Notes under the pieces: model-generated
Database searches by the model: none
What the model saw: the letters and a program-made list of their open reading frames with translations, nothing else
What the model was told of the DNA's origin: nothing
Shown here: in pieces, positions 18,982 through 28,487 of the stretch
How the letters are laid out: each line of letters opens with the position of its first letter
How positions within the stretch are numbered: position 1 is the stretch's first letter
Origin: Candidatus Peregrinibacteria bacterium CG10_big_fil_rev_8_21_14_0_10_36_19
GTDB taxonomy: Bacteria > Patescibacteriota > Gracilibacteria > UBA1369 > LOWO2-01-FULL-3
Assembly (NCBI GenBank): GCA_002772535.1
Contig: PFDP01000003.1
Location: forward strand, 3,962 to 67,961
Reading direction: 5' to 3'
DNA: 64,000 nucleotides
Made by a program: the position numbers and the translations under genes

Positions 18982-19881
18982 ATGGAGTATCAATTTAAAA
19001 CAGCAGAAGAGGTTATTAATCTCTGCAAAAAACATAAAATTTCAATTTCGGAATTGGCAAAACGCTATGAATCTGAGCGTAGCGGTAAAAGCACTGCTAA
19101 TGTTCGTGAAAGAATGAAGCGTACGAGAGATGTGATGTATGAAGCAATTCAGAAGGGGATTAAATCAAACGAGAGATCTAAAATGGGAATGGTAGGTGGT
19201 GATGCTAAGAAAATTTATAAACATATAAATAGCACTTCCAAGATCATGGGAAATAAAGTTACCTTGCGTGCTATGGCATATGCGACAGCAGTAGGGGAGC
19301 AAAATGCTTGTATGAGAAGAATAGTAGCTTTTCCAACAGCAGGAGGTTCAGGAGTAGTACCAGGTGTTTTATTTAGCTGTTCTGAGCACTTCAAAGCTGG
19401 AAAACGAAAACTACTCAAAGGCATGTTTTGTGCTTCTGCAGTAGGACTCATAATTGCAGAGGGTGCCACATTATCAGCCGCCAAAGGCGGCTGCCAAGCG
19501 GAGGTGGGTGCCGCCGTAGCAATGTCTGCCGCAGGCCTCACAGAAATGCGCGGCGGCACCCCAGAACAATGCTTCCATGCGGCCGCCATAGCACTCAAAA
19601 GCTATTTAGGCCTAGCATGTGATCCACTCGGAGGACTCGTAGAAGTTCCTTGCATTAAAAGAAATGCCATCGGGTGCATGGCGGCCATCGGCGCTTCCGA
19701 CATGGTAATCTGTGGAGTTACAAGTTTTATTCCTTTTGATGAGGTTGTACAGGCCATGAACAATATTGCCGAAATAATGTCACCAAAACTCAGAGAAACA
19801 GCATTAGGTGGATTAGCAGTTACAAAAACTGGTAACATGATAAAAAGAAAACTTGGTCTTAAAGTAACCACAGAATTATAA
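18982..19881 (+). CDS. sdaAA: L-serine dehydratase (Fe-S dependent), alpha subunit
   Basis: 299 aa. AFPTAGGSGVVPG, GGCQAEVGAAVAMSAAG and LGLACDPLGGLVEVPCIKRNA blocks. Confidence 0.85.
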   Translation: MEYQFKTAEEVINLCKKHKISISELAKRYESERSGKSTANVRERMKRTRDVMYEAIQKGIKSNERSKMGMVGGDAKKIYKHINSTSKIMGNKVTLRAMAYATAVGEQNACMRRIVAFPTAGGSGVVPGVLFSCSEHFKAGKRKLLKGMFCASAVGLIIAEGATLSAAKGGCQAEVGAAVAMSAAGLTEMRGGTPEQCFHAAAIALKSYLGLACDPLGGLVEVPCIKRNAIGCMAAIGASDMVICGVTSFIPFDEVVQAMNNIAEIMSPKLRETALGGLAVTKTGNMIKRKLGLKVTTEL

Positions 19882-20468
19882 TGAATATTGCAGTATTAGC
19901 ATCTACAAATGGTACAGATCTTCAAGCAATAATAGACGAAATTGAAGCTGGAAAAATGCCAAATGTAAATCTTAAACTCGTTGCCTCAAATAAAAAATGT
20001 CCAGCACTTGAGCGCGCTCAAAAGCACGACATCCCCACTCTATACATTGATCCAACAAACAAAACTCGCCAAGAATTTGACGAAGAGTTAATAAAAGAGC
20101 TTAAGTCTCAAAGTATAGATCTTGTTGTACTAGTAGGGTACATGCGCATACTCACACCACAGTTTATAAAAGCCTTTCCCAAGCAAATAATCAATGTGCA
20201 TCCTTCACTTATTCCAAAATATTCTGGCCACGATTTCTACGGCAAATCAGTGCACGAAGCGGTAATTAAAAATCAGGAAACTGAGTCAGGAATGACAATT
20301 CACTATGTAGATGAAGGCGTTGATACTGGTGAAATAATTCTTCAAAAAACTTGCCCAGTTACCAAAGAAGACACGCCAGAAACTCTCAAACAAAAAGTCC
20401 AAGAACTAGAGAAAAAATGGTATCCAGAAGTTATTCGCAACCTTACCTCCACTTCAAAAAATATTTAA
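19881..20468 (+). CDS. purN: Phosphoribosylglycinamide formyltransferase
   Basis: 195 aa. IAVLASTNGTDLQAIID, INVHPSLIPKYSG, and SGMTIHYVDEGVDTGEIILQ. The start overlaps the sdaAA stop (TAATG). Confidence 0.85.
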   Translation: MNIAVLASTNGTDLQAIIDEIEAGKMPNVNLKLVASNKKCPALERAQKHDIPTLYIDPTNKTRQEFDEELIKELKSQSIDLVVLVGYMRILTPQFIKAFPKQIINVHPSLIPKYSGHDFYGKSVHEAVIKNQETESGMTIHYVDEGVDTGEIILQKTCPVTKEDTPETLKQKVQELEKKWYPEVIRNLTSTSKNI

Positions 20469-21243
20469 TTGCGCTGCTAACGTGTATCCAAAATACTTTC
20501 TTTTTCAGTAATCCAAACAAATTTCCACCACTCAATCTTTTATGATTATGAGTTACTTCTGTATGAGGGAAGTAAACAACTTTTTTCCCAAGTTTTGCAA
20601 TCTCTCTACATAAATCAAAATCTTCCATAAATAAGAAATATCTCTCATCAAAGCCCCCAACTTTTTCATAAACATCTCGCGGAATGATAAAACATGCTCC
20701 AACCAAAAGATCCACCTCTTTCACCTTGTTATGTTTAAAATCCTCCATAGTATATCTATCAACCCTCTTTTTAAACCACGGTAATTTACTCAAAAAAGTT
20801 CGCTTAATAATCAGATCTATAAAAGACATATTTCTTCTACAAGAATCTTGCACCACTCCATCTGGATAAACCAACTTAGGACCCAAAATCCCAACATCCT
20901 TATGCCCGTCCATGTAATCAACCATTTTTTGAATACTATCTTCATTCACAAAAATATCTGGATTAAGTATCAGTACATATTTTGCTTTTGCCTCTTTTGC
21001 ACCAAGGTTATTTCCACCACCAAATCCAATATTTTTAGGTGAGCGAATAAGTTTTATAAGCCCCTCTTTTTCAGCCTTATCTAAATATCCCAAACTTATT
21101 GGATCGTTAGAATTATTATCAACAGCAATAAATTCAAAATCAAAATTCATTTTTCCACGGTAAAATGCTTCAACACACATTTTTGGAAAATACTTACTAT
21201 TATAATTGAGCATTATTGCCGAAACTTTGAGTTTATCATTCAT
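20443..21243 (-). CDS. Family 2 glycosyltransferase
   Basis: GT-A N-terminus KVSAIMLNYN ... VDNNSND ... ILNPD. I prefer ATG 21243 (MNDKLKVSAIM...), which lies 1 nt after the upstream TAG stop, over the track start at 21273. Confidence 0.7.
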   Translation of the reverse strand: MNDKLKVSAIMLNYNSKYFPKMCVEAFYRGKMNFDFEFIAVDNNSNDPISLGYLDKAEKEGLIKLIRSPKNIGFGGGNNLGAKEAKAKYVLILNPDIFVNEDSIQKMVDYMDGHKDVGILGPKLVYPDGVVQDSCRRNMSFIDLIIKRTFLSKLPWFKKRVDRYTMEDFKHNKVKEVDLLVGACFIIPRDVYEKVGGFDERYFLFMEDFDLCREIAKLGKKVVYFPHTEVTHNHKRLSGGNLFGLLKKKVFWIHVSSAIKYFLKWR

Positions 21244-21244
21244 A

Positions 21245-22546
21245 CTATTTAAAGTTATCTCTTCTAGGTGCACTTTGATTGTTCTCAGAAATTTTCAATT
21301 CCACCTTTGCTCTTACAAAACTTTTATCTGGAACATTTTCTGCAACAACTATACCAGCACCAATAAAACAGTCATCACCAATTTTTACTCCAGGCATAAA
21401 ACTTGTGTTGACTCCAACCCTAATATTACTGCCAGTAATAAGCCCAAATTTATTAGACTGACTACTCAACTTTTTTCCATCAAAATCCACCATAACTTCT
21501 CCTTCATCTAATCTCAAATTTCCGGTTACGCATCCAGCTCCAAAAGATACATTATTACCAATCACGCTATCTCCTATGTAATTACTGTGAGTCCAAACGT
21601 CATCTCCTAAATAGCTTCTCGCAACTTCCGTGCCAAAACCTACAACACATCTTTCACCTACGTTACTATCACGCACCAAGGCATTATTTGCCACCACACT
21701 TCCTTTTCCTAAATAACACGGACCACTCACGATCGCTCCATCCATAATTTTCACATCTTCATCAATAATAACCTTTCCATGTATAACTGCCGTCGCAGCA
21801 ATTTGAGCACTACTCGCAATAAATTTTTCAGATTCATTAATTAAAAACCTTGCCACCTTTTGTATATGCCAAGGAAACTTGATAGGCTGCCAAAATCCTT
21901 CATATGCTACAGCTTTCATTTTCGAACCACCAGCAATCATATTCGAAAGAGCCACTTCGTATTTATCATCATTATCACTTTCAACATTTTCAAGAGCTTC
22001 AATTAGATCACCAGTATGTTTATGTAAATGAACCACTAAATTAACCAAATCACTTGGCTCATTACCTTCACCAGGTTTCTCAACAATTCTCGAAATCACA
22101 CCATCTTCATTGGTTTCTAAATATCCTCCAGGAAAGTAGCTTTCCACTTTTTTACCCAAAATATAGCTATCCATATCTCCAGGCTCAAAAGCTCTTTTCA
22201 GAGTTTCAAATGCCGAAGCTTCAACTACATCATTACTGCTAAAAACCAAAACAGATTGCTCTAAAATGTACTCTTTAGCAGCTAAAACTGCTCCACACAT
22301 ACCTTCATCAAGATTCTCTTGTTCTACATACTCAATATTCATTTCCAAATGATCAGTAGCATCTTTAAGTCTTTCTAAATTATGATCACCACCAACAACC
22401 ACAACATCCAAAAGCCCCACCTCTTTAAGCATCTCAAGTTGCCATACAATAAGTGGCTTCCCAAGAAATTTTAAGAAGTTTTTATCTTCCACCGGTTTCA
22501 TTCTTTTACTTCTCCCAGCTGCTAATAATAATACTTTCATTTGCAT
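21245..22546 (-). CDS. Bifunctional-type sugar-1-phosphate nucleotidyltransferase with C-terminal left-handed beta-helix (acetyltransferase-like) domain
   Basis: 433 aa. KVLLLAAGRSKRMKP (NTP-transferase G-x-G-x-R loop) plus a C-terminal third of hexapeptide repeats (IGDSVIGNNVSFGAGCV..., VGVNTSFMPGVKIGDDCFIGAG). The architecture resembles archaeal GlmU-like enzymes. Confidence 0.6.
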   Translation of the reverse strand: MQMKVLLLAAGRSKRMKPVEDKNFLKFLGKPLIVWQLEMLKEVGLLDVVVVGGDHNLERLKDATDHLEMNIEYVEQENLDEGMCGAVLAAKEYILEQSVLVFSSNDVVEASAFETLKRAFEPGDMDSYILGKKVESYFPGGYLETNEDGVISRIVEKPGEGNEPSDLVNLVVHLHKHTGDLIEALENVESDNDDKYEVALSNMIAGGSKMKAVAYEGFWQPIKFPWHIQKVARFLINESEKFIASSAQIAATAVIHGKVIIDEDVKIMDGAIVSGPCYLGKGSVVANNALVRDSNVGERCVVGFGTEVARSYLGDDVWTHSNYIGDSVIGNNVSFGAGCVTGNLRLDEGEVMVDFDGKKLSSQSNKFGLITGSNIRVGVNTSFMPGVKIGDDCFIGAGIVVAENVPDKSFVRAKVELKISENNQSAPRRDNFK

Positions 22547-22599
22547 TAACTTTACAATGTGTATAATTTATAGTGAAAATGTAAATATATAAAGTCAAA

Positions 22600-23148
22600 A
22601 TGTTTAATTTATACGATTTAAAAACTAATACTAAGTCCTTTAAAAACCAAAAGTTAGAGAAAGTGGCCTACTTTTTAAAGGAAAAACTACACTTAACAGC
22701 AAATAAAATAACCGCTTTAAGTTTTGTTTCTGGCCTTTTTGCTTTTGCTTATCTTTTTAGCAATCATTTTTTATTTATTGTTTTTATTATACTTTCTTTA
22801 GTCTTTGATATTTTTGACGGCGCAGTAGCCAGACTAGAACACAAAGGGGATGAAGGATGGATTATAGATAGAACTTCAGATCGTTTAGTTACTCTTTTGA
22901 TTCTATTAAAAATTACAGTTTATTCATTTAGCTTTATTCCAGCCGTTTTGTTGATAATTTTTATGGTAGTTACTGCTTTTATTTTCTACCAAAAAATCTT
23001 TAATAATCGTCACTTCAATATAGTTTATGGCGATCCCTTTTTTCACATCCTCCTAATTTTAACACTCACAAACATCGCTGTTTACTATTTACTAGCACAG
23101 CTTTTATTTAACATTTGGTATCTTGCAACTAAGTCAAAAGCTCACTAA
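22600..23148 (+). CDS. CDP-alcohol phosphatidyltransferase family protein
   Basis: 182 aa, polytopic. DIFDGAVARLEHKGDEGWIIDRTSDRL matches D-x2-DG-x2-AR...D-x3-D. Confidence 0.6.
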   Translation: MFNLYDLKTNTKSFKNQKLEKVAYFLKEKLHLTANKITALSFVSGLFAFAYLFSNHFLFIVFIILSLVFDIFDGAVARLEHKGDEGWIIDRTSDRLVTLLILLKITVYSFSFIPAVLLIIFMVVTAFIFYQKIFNNRHFNIVYGDPFFHILLILTLTNIAVYYLLAQLLFNIWYLATKSKAH

Positions 23149-24247
23149 GCCTTCCTGCATAAGCTGCAGCGTTGATTTCCATTGCTATTCTTTCTCCATA
23201 GCTCAAACTTTCACCAAATAAATACCCACTATACGGTGTAAATTTAGTTCCAGGAGATCCAGGAATTCTCATACTTACATCAAATATAACAAAATCTTCT
23301 TTACCACTTCCAGCATCTACAGCCCCTTGTAATGCAAAAGGTCCTATCATACCAGGTGCAACTTCTTTCGCCATTACCTCCACAAATTTCTCTCCAATTT
23401 CATATGCTTTTTCCACCAAAGATTCTTTCATTGTTACAGCATAGTGGCCAGTTTCAATAATTTTCGGTTCCATATATTCTCTTACCATCTCTTGTTCTTT
23501 AACAGGCAATCTCAAAAATCCATCTAGGTTTGTTTGCCTTCTTGTGTCAGTTCCCATTAGTTCTAGTTCTCCAGTAAGAGGGGAGTAAAAGAAGTTTAAA
23601 TTGATATGAGCTCCAACAATATATTCTTCAATCACAGCCTTATCTAAAGCGGCTTTTGTTATTAATCCAGAATCAATTCTCTTTTGAGATTCTTCTTCAA
23701 AACTATCTTTACTATCAGCAAAAAAGAAAGCTCTTTCATAACCTCTTTCAGCCTCATTAACTTTAATAATAGCCAATCTATCGATTTCTTCGGCACTCTT
23801 AAACATTTTAGGAATTCTAATTCCCGCCTTTTCCAAAAGATAATACTGGTTTTTTTCCACATCTCTTTCCTCAAGTTTTACACCTTCTCTGAGCCCATAA
23901 ATTGGGACATGAAACTCTTTCTCAACTTTATTAAAATCATCAAAATAAACCCAGAAATAACGATTATGAACGAAAATAGTATTCATTTCTCTCAATTGTT
24001 CTTGGATATCTTCTCTTAAAACATCAGAAAATTTATCAACCACAATTACTTCATCCACACACCCTCTTACACCTCTAGATTTATAGTATTTGGTAAAAGT
24101 TTTTTCGCGCCCTTTTTGGGCAATTACAACAGTTCTAAGTCCATGTTTTTTAGCTCCAGCACATACATCTAAAGCACTATGACCTCCCAACACACCTATA
24201 GTGATATTTCCAAGATCATATCCTTCTAAAATTTTTGCTATATCCAT
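23129..24247 (-). CDS. PurP-family ATP-grasp protein (paralogue of FAICAR synthetase)
   Basis: 372 aa. IGVLGGHSALDVCAGAKKHGLRTVVIAQKGRE..., FYSPLTGELELMGTDTRRQTN, and GPFALQGAV ... VIFDVSMRIPG parallel the PurP blocks of the adjacent gene. Confidence 0.65.
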   Translation of the reverse strand: MDIAKILEGYDLGNITIGVLGGHSALDVCAGAKKHGLRTVVIAQKGREKTFTKYYKSRGVRGCVDEVIVVDKFSDVLREDIQEQLREMNTIFVHNRYFWVYFDDFNKVEKEFHVPIYGLREGVKLEERDVEKNQYYLLEKAGIRIPKMFKSAEEIDRLAIIKVNEAERGYERAFFFADSKDSFEEESQKRIDSGLITKAALDKAVIEEYIVGAHINLNFFYSPLTGELELMGTDTRRQTNLDGFLRLPVKEQEMVREYMEPKIIETGHYAVTMKESLVEKAYEIGEKFVEVMAKEVAPGMIGPFALQGAVDAGSGKEDFVIFDVSMRIPGSPGTKFTPYSGYLFGESLSYGERIAMEINAAAYAGRLSELLT

Positions 24248-24249
24248 AA

Positions 24250-25281
24250 TTATCCAAGTATTTTATCTAATTTATCTGCAGTGATTGCCTCTTTTATATC
24301 ACGAGCCAATCTGCGTCCAGTACTCATCGGTTCGTTATATCTCAACCAAGTATATGGTGAGCCATTAACATAAGGATTCGTACCAGCCACGATTCTAGCA
24401 GATATTTCAAAAACATAGTAGTTCAGCTCTGGATCAATAATACCTTCCAGACAGAAAGGCCCAAACAGTCCTCCATCTACAATAGTTTTCGATGAATCTA
24501 CAACTCTTTGCCCCATTTCAAAAATTTCTGGCAGTAATGATTCTCTTAAAACTATTGGTACATTTCCAGTGATTGTATATGTGGTATCAATACCCACATC
24601 CACTTGATCTTTTGCTGCTACACGCCCGATAGAGTCCGCATTGGACTCATACCTCTTATCAAAGCCCATCACCTCTAATTCGTCGTTTAAACGGCTGTAG
24701 AAGTAGTGTGTATAAACAGGTACTCCAACAACATATTCTTGAATTGCAAATTCTTCATGTCCCTTCTTACCTTCGTATTTTTTATATTTTGCATAAAACT
24801 CTTCAGGAGTGTTGGCAATAAAATAGCCTTTTCCTCCATGAGCTCCATGGAATTTAATAATAACTGGTCTATCAATATCTTCTGGTTTACTAAAAACTCT
24901 TGGTAATTTTATTCCGGCTTTAAGCAACCATTCTCTTTCCATATTTCTATCTGATTCCCATTCTAAAATACCCTTTGTTCCGTAGTACATCATTTTTAAA
25001 TCCATCATTTTTTCAGGACCAATGTATGCCACAAACGAACCATGTGGGATCATAATTGCATTTTGATCAATTAGCTGTTGTTCAATTTCGAAGAAATTTC
25101 TAAATGAGTCAACTTCTATGATTTGATCAGCAACTCCATAACTGCGGTAGGGTCTGTCTTTGCCTTTTTCACAAATGCAGATGGTTTCAAAACCTTCATC
25201 TTTAGCCCCCTTCAGAATCTGAAGCGCAGTATGGCTACCAATAGTTGCGATTTTGTAATCTTTGTAATTAGCCATATTCAA
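24250..25281 (-). CDS. purP: 5-formaminoimidazole-4-carboxamide ribonucleotide (FAICAR) synthetase, archaeal type
   Basis: 343 aa. IATIGSHTALQILKGAKDEGF, PHGSFVAY, WESDR, FYSRLNDELEVMGFDKRYESN, ITGNVPIVLRESLLPEIFEMG and GPFCLEG...VFEISARIVAGTN align along the whole length with my memory of Methanocaldococcus PurP. Confidence 0.8.
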   Translation of the reverse strand: MNMANYKDYKIATIGSHTALQILKGAKDEGFETICICEKGKDRPYRSYGVADQIIEVDSFRNFFEIEQQLIDQNAIMIPHGSFVAYIGPEKMMDLKMMYYGTKGILEWESDRNMEREWLLKAGIKLPRVFSKPEDIDRPVIIKFHGAHGGKGYFIANTPEEFYAKYKKYEGKKGHEEFAIQEYVVGVPVYTHYFYSRLNDELEVMGFDKRYESNADSIGRVAAKDQVDVGIDTTYTITGNVPIVLRESLLPEIFEMGQRVVDSSKTIVDGGLFGPFCLEGIIDPELNYYVFEISARIVAGTNPYVNGSPYTWLRYNEPMSTGRRLARDIKEAITADKLDKILG

Positions 25282-25336
25282 ATTTTAGATCTTTTAACGA
25301 TCTTACAAATATTTATATAATTTGTCTACAAGAACT

Positions 25337-26125
25337 TTATAAAAAAAGCACAAAACTTCCAATTGCAGCTAAATAAGCCGCAAAAACTATTAGGCTATGG
25401 TTCTTTAAGAACTTCATTAATCCCCAAACGCTAACCATTCCAAAAATAAAAGCACTAATAAATCCAACCGCCATAGGTGCAAAATCTATATGAACGCCAC
25501 TTTTAAAAACTTCAAGTCCCTTTAGTAATCCCGCTCCAAAAATTGCAGGACTTCCCAATAAAAAGGAAAATCTTGCAGCTTCTTCTCTTTTCATACCAAC
25601 AAAAAGTCCAGCTACTATTGTAGATCCAGACCTAGAAACTCCAGGCACAAGCGCCACCATTTGTGCTAAACCAATAATTAAAGCCTTTGGCCAAGTAAAT
25701 TTGGAAGAGCCATGAATCCTAAAAAATCTTTCTCCTAAGACAAAAAATATAGCTACAATCATCATCCAAGTAGCCACAGCAGTTATATTTCTAAAAAGAC
25801 CATCTATAAAATCTTCTAAAAAAAGCCCTGCAAAAACAGCAGGTATCGTACCGATAATTATATAGTTCAGCATCATCACATCCTTATCTTTTTTTCCGCA
25901 GCATAATTTACCTAACGCTTTAATTAAGTTCAGAATTTCCACCCTAAAATAAACAAAAATTGCCAATAGGGTTCCCACATGAACAGCCACATCAAATGTT
26001 TTTAAACTTTCAACATTTAGTCCTAAAAAATGCTCTCCTAGAACTAAATGACCGCTAGAAGAAATAGGTAAAAATTCGGTCACTCCTTGTAGAGCGCCCA
26101 GTAAAAATGCTTGAAATAAATCCAT
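25337..26125 (-). CDS. uppP: Undecaprenyl-diphosphatase
   Basis: 262 aa, polytopic. LLGALQGVTEFLPISSSGHL and PGVSRSGSTI motifs. Confidence 0.85.
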   Translation of the reverse strand: MDLFQAFLLGALQGVTEFLPISSSGHLVLGEHFLGLNVESLKTFDVAVHVGTLLAIFVYFRVEILNLIKALGKLCCGKKDKDVMMLNYIIIGTIPAVFAGLFLEDFIDGLFRNITAVATWMMIVAIFFVLGERFFRIHGSSKFTWPKALIIGLAQMVALVPGVSRSGSTIVAGLFVGMKREEAARFSFLLGSPAIFGAGLLKGLEVFKSGVHIDFAPMAVGFISAFIFGMVSVWGLMKFLKNHSLIVFAAYLAAIGSFVLFL

Positions 26126-26129
26126 AGTA

Positions 26130-27659
26130 TTAGTGTCTAAAGTATCTTCTTCCAGAGAATACCATGCTCACACCAAGTTCGTCAGCTCTTTTTATTACTT
26201 CTTCATCACTTACAGATCCACCTGGTTGTATAAATGCCGTAACCCCCAGCTTTGCGGCTTCTTCAAGGGCATCTGGGAATGGGAAGAATGCATCAGAAGC
26301 CATAACAGAGCCTTTAATTTTTTCACCACCCTTAAAGCCTGCAATTTTCACGCTATCAACCCTAGACATTTGGCCAGCACCAATAGCTACAATCTTATTG
26401 CCCTTAGCCATTACTACAGCGTTAGATTTAACATGTTTACAAACTGTATTTGCAAATAACATTGAATCAATTTCTTCACTTGTAGGTACTTTTTTTGTAA
26501 CTACTTTGAGGTCTTTAAGCGTGAGTTTATATTTATCTTTTGTTTGAATAAGAATTCCTCCAGCTACTTTTTTTATATCCGTACTCATAAAATCTATCTT
26601 CAATTCCCCAGTTTTAAGAATTCTCAAATTTTTTCGTGTCATTAATCTTTCTAATGCCTTTTTCTCATAAGAAGGGGCAATGATAACCTCCACAAACATT
26701 TTTTTCTCTTTCATATAGTCCAATATCTTTTCATTAACCTCTCTATTAACAGCAATAATACAACCAAAAGCCGATAATTCATCAGTTTGATGACCAGCCA
26801 TAAATGCTTCTTCAATTGTGTCTGCAACAGCCACTCCACAAGGATTGTTATGTTTTACAAAAACCGCGGCAGGTTTATCAAATTCTTTTACTAGTTCTAG
26901 GGCACTGTCCCCATCTACAATATTATTAAATGAGAGCTGTTTACCATGAAGCACTTCTGAATTGGTAATATTTGAATCAGTGTTGCCAGGGTTTCTAAAA
27001 AACGCTGCTTTTTGTTGAGGGTTTTCACCATATCTCAAACTACAAATTTTTTCATAATGCAGGTTTAAAAGTTCAGGTTCTCCCAATGCTTCTCTAAAAT
27101 ATGCATTTATATTTTCATCATAATCTGCCGTCATGCTAAAAGCCTTTCTTGCTAAATATTTTCGGTATTCTTCATTGTCTTCATTCATTTTTGCTAACAC
27201 TGTTTCGTAGTCGCTAGGATCGCAAACAACAAAAACATGTTTAAAGTTTTTTGCCGCACTTCTAAGCATGCTTGGCCCCCCAATATCTATATTTTCTATA
27301 ACTTCTTCTTCAGTTACTCCCTCTTTTGCTACAGTTTCTTTAAAAGGGTAAAGATTAACAACAACCATATCTATCATTTTAATGCCGTTAACTTCCGCTT
27401 CTTCCATGTGCTTTTTATTGTCTCTCAAGGCCAAAATTCCACCATGAACTTTAGGGTTTAAAGTTTTCACTCTCCCATCCATCATTTCCGGAAAACCTGT
27501 GTAGTCAGAAACGTCTATTACATCTATTGAAGCCTCTTTTAGTATCTTTGATGTGCCACCAGTGGATAGAATTTCTACTCCACTTTGAGCTAATTTTTTT
27601 GCAAATTCAACAATGCCAGATTTATCTGACACACTTATTAAAGCTCTCTTTATTGGCAT
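26130..27659 (-). CDS. purH: Bifunctional AICAR transformylase / IMP cyclohydrolase
   Basis: MPIKRALISVSDKSGIVEFAKKL (MGS-like domain) plus an AICARFT domain (KHNNPCGVA, ...IQPGGS..D). I prefer ATG 27659, preceded by AAGGA, over the TTG start of the track ORF at 27683. Confidence 0.9.
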   Translation of the reverse strand: MPIKRALISVSDKSGIVEFAKKLAQSGVEILSTGGTSKILKEASIDVIDVSDYTGFPEMMDGRVKTLNPKVHGGILALRDNKKHMEEAEVNGIKMIDMVVVNLYPFKETVAKEGVTEEEVIENIDIGGPSMLRSAAKNFKHVFVVCDPSDYETVLAKMNEDNEEYRKYLARKAFSMTADYDENINAYFREALGEPELLNLHYEKICSLRYGENPQQKAAFFRNPGNTDSNITNSEVLHGKQLSFNNIVDGDSALELVKEFDKPAAVFVKHNNPCGVAVADTIEEAFMAGHQTDELSAFGCIIAVNREVNEKILDYMKEKKMFVEVIIAPSYEKKALERLMTRKNLRILKTGELKIDFMSTDIKKVAGGILIQTKDKYKLTLKDLKVVTKKVPTSEEIDSMLFANTVCKHVKSNAVVMAKGNKIVAIGAGQMSRVDSVKIAGFKGGEKIKGSVMASDAFFPFPDALEEAAKLGVTAFIQPGGSVSDEEVIKRADELGVSMVFSGRRYFRH

Positions 27660-27788
27660 GATTTTCCTTGTTAAAAACCGCAAGGAGTTTACTCAAGAAA
27701 CTCACGGTGGTCAAGGTTATCATTCAAATTTTGACGATACTTAAAAATAGGTTTACCATTATTCTCCTTACTTATTAATACAAAAATT

Positions 27789-28232
27789 ATGAGTATAGAA
27801 AAAAATGAAGGTAAAAATAAAGTTCCTGTAACATTGGTATCTGTAGCAAAATCATTTGCTTTAAGAGCTTTTCATCAAGCTGGTATATCACTCAATGGTA
27901 GAGCTGTTATGAATGTTGTAATAGGTAATACAGCCATTCTTACTGTGCATAGCATCAATCCTTTAAATGATCAGGAGCTTGCAGAAATGCAGTATAGAAA
28001 CTCAGATCTTGAAATTAATCAAAGTGGTGATTTAATAACTATTTCAGTTTCAATGGCTGATGTTGCGACAAGATTTTCAGGTTTAAATGGTATGGCAGTT
28101 GACGATTCTGATACAGTTGAAGATGCTGGTTTGCCAGCGCTCATGGAAGAAGCTAGAAGGGAAGTTGCAAGTAGAACTTCAAATCAGCTAACAGATATTG
28201 ATATTTGGTTTAAAGAAGGAGATCAGGATTAA
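27789..28232 (+). CDS. Hypothetical acidic protein
   Basis: 147-aa ORF with no recognisable motif. Its stop overlaps the convergent yidD end by 4 nt. Confidence 0.45.
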   Translation: MSIEKNEGKNKVPVTLVSVAKSFALRAFHQAGISLNGRAVMNVVIGNTAILTVHSINPLNDQELAEMQYRNSDLEINQSGDLITISVSMADVATRFSGLNGMAVDDSDTVEDAGLPALMEEARREVASRTSNQLTDIDIWFKEGDQD

Positions 28233-28486
28233 GCTTCATCAATACCGCCTTTACTCCAAGGGTTACATCTTAATATACGCCATATTGATTTCATGGTGCC
28301 AAAAATAACACCATATTTTATAATTGACTGACGCGAATATTCGCTACAACTAGGGTAATATTTGCAAAAGCCTTTTTTTCCAAAGGCCTTTCCCATAAAT
28401 CCATGATCCAAAGAAAGATACTTTTGATATCCTTCAATAACAAAAACTAAAAGCCTGCGTGGAGCCAGCCAAACATCCTTAAGCAT
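28229..28486 (-). CDS. yidD: Membrane protein insertion efficiency factor YidD
   Basis: 85 aa. [25 protein letters not shown], and [14 protein letters not shown]. Confidence 0.85.
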   Translation of the reverse strand: MLKDVWLAPRRLLVFVIEGYQKYLSLDHGFMGKAFGKKGFCKYYPSCSEYSRQSIIKYGVIFGTMKSIWRILRCNPWSKGGIDEA

Positions 28487-28487
28487 C

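Noticed and set aside
19430-19620. Locally GC-rich patch with several antisense ORFs, with similar patches at about 300-370, 5440-5600 and 33300-33370
   Set aside because: These patches are explained by Gly/Ala/Pro-rich conserved or low-complexity protein segments (the SdaAA core, AlaRS, the MutL linker and the AP linker). They are not foreign DNA or RNA genes.
27660-27788. ZTP (pfl) or other purine-related riboswitch upstream of purH
   Set aside because: I looked for the conserved ZTP elements (GGGUCGUGAC... and CCGCCUGGGC) on the minus strand and did not find them. Only a short CCTTG...CAAGG hairpin overlapping the Shine-Dalgarno sequence is present, which is too small to call.
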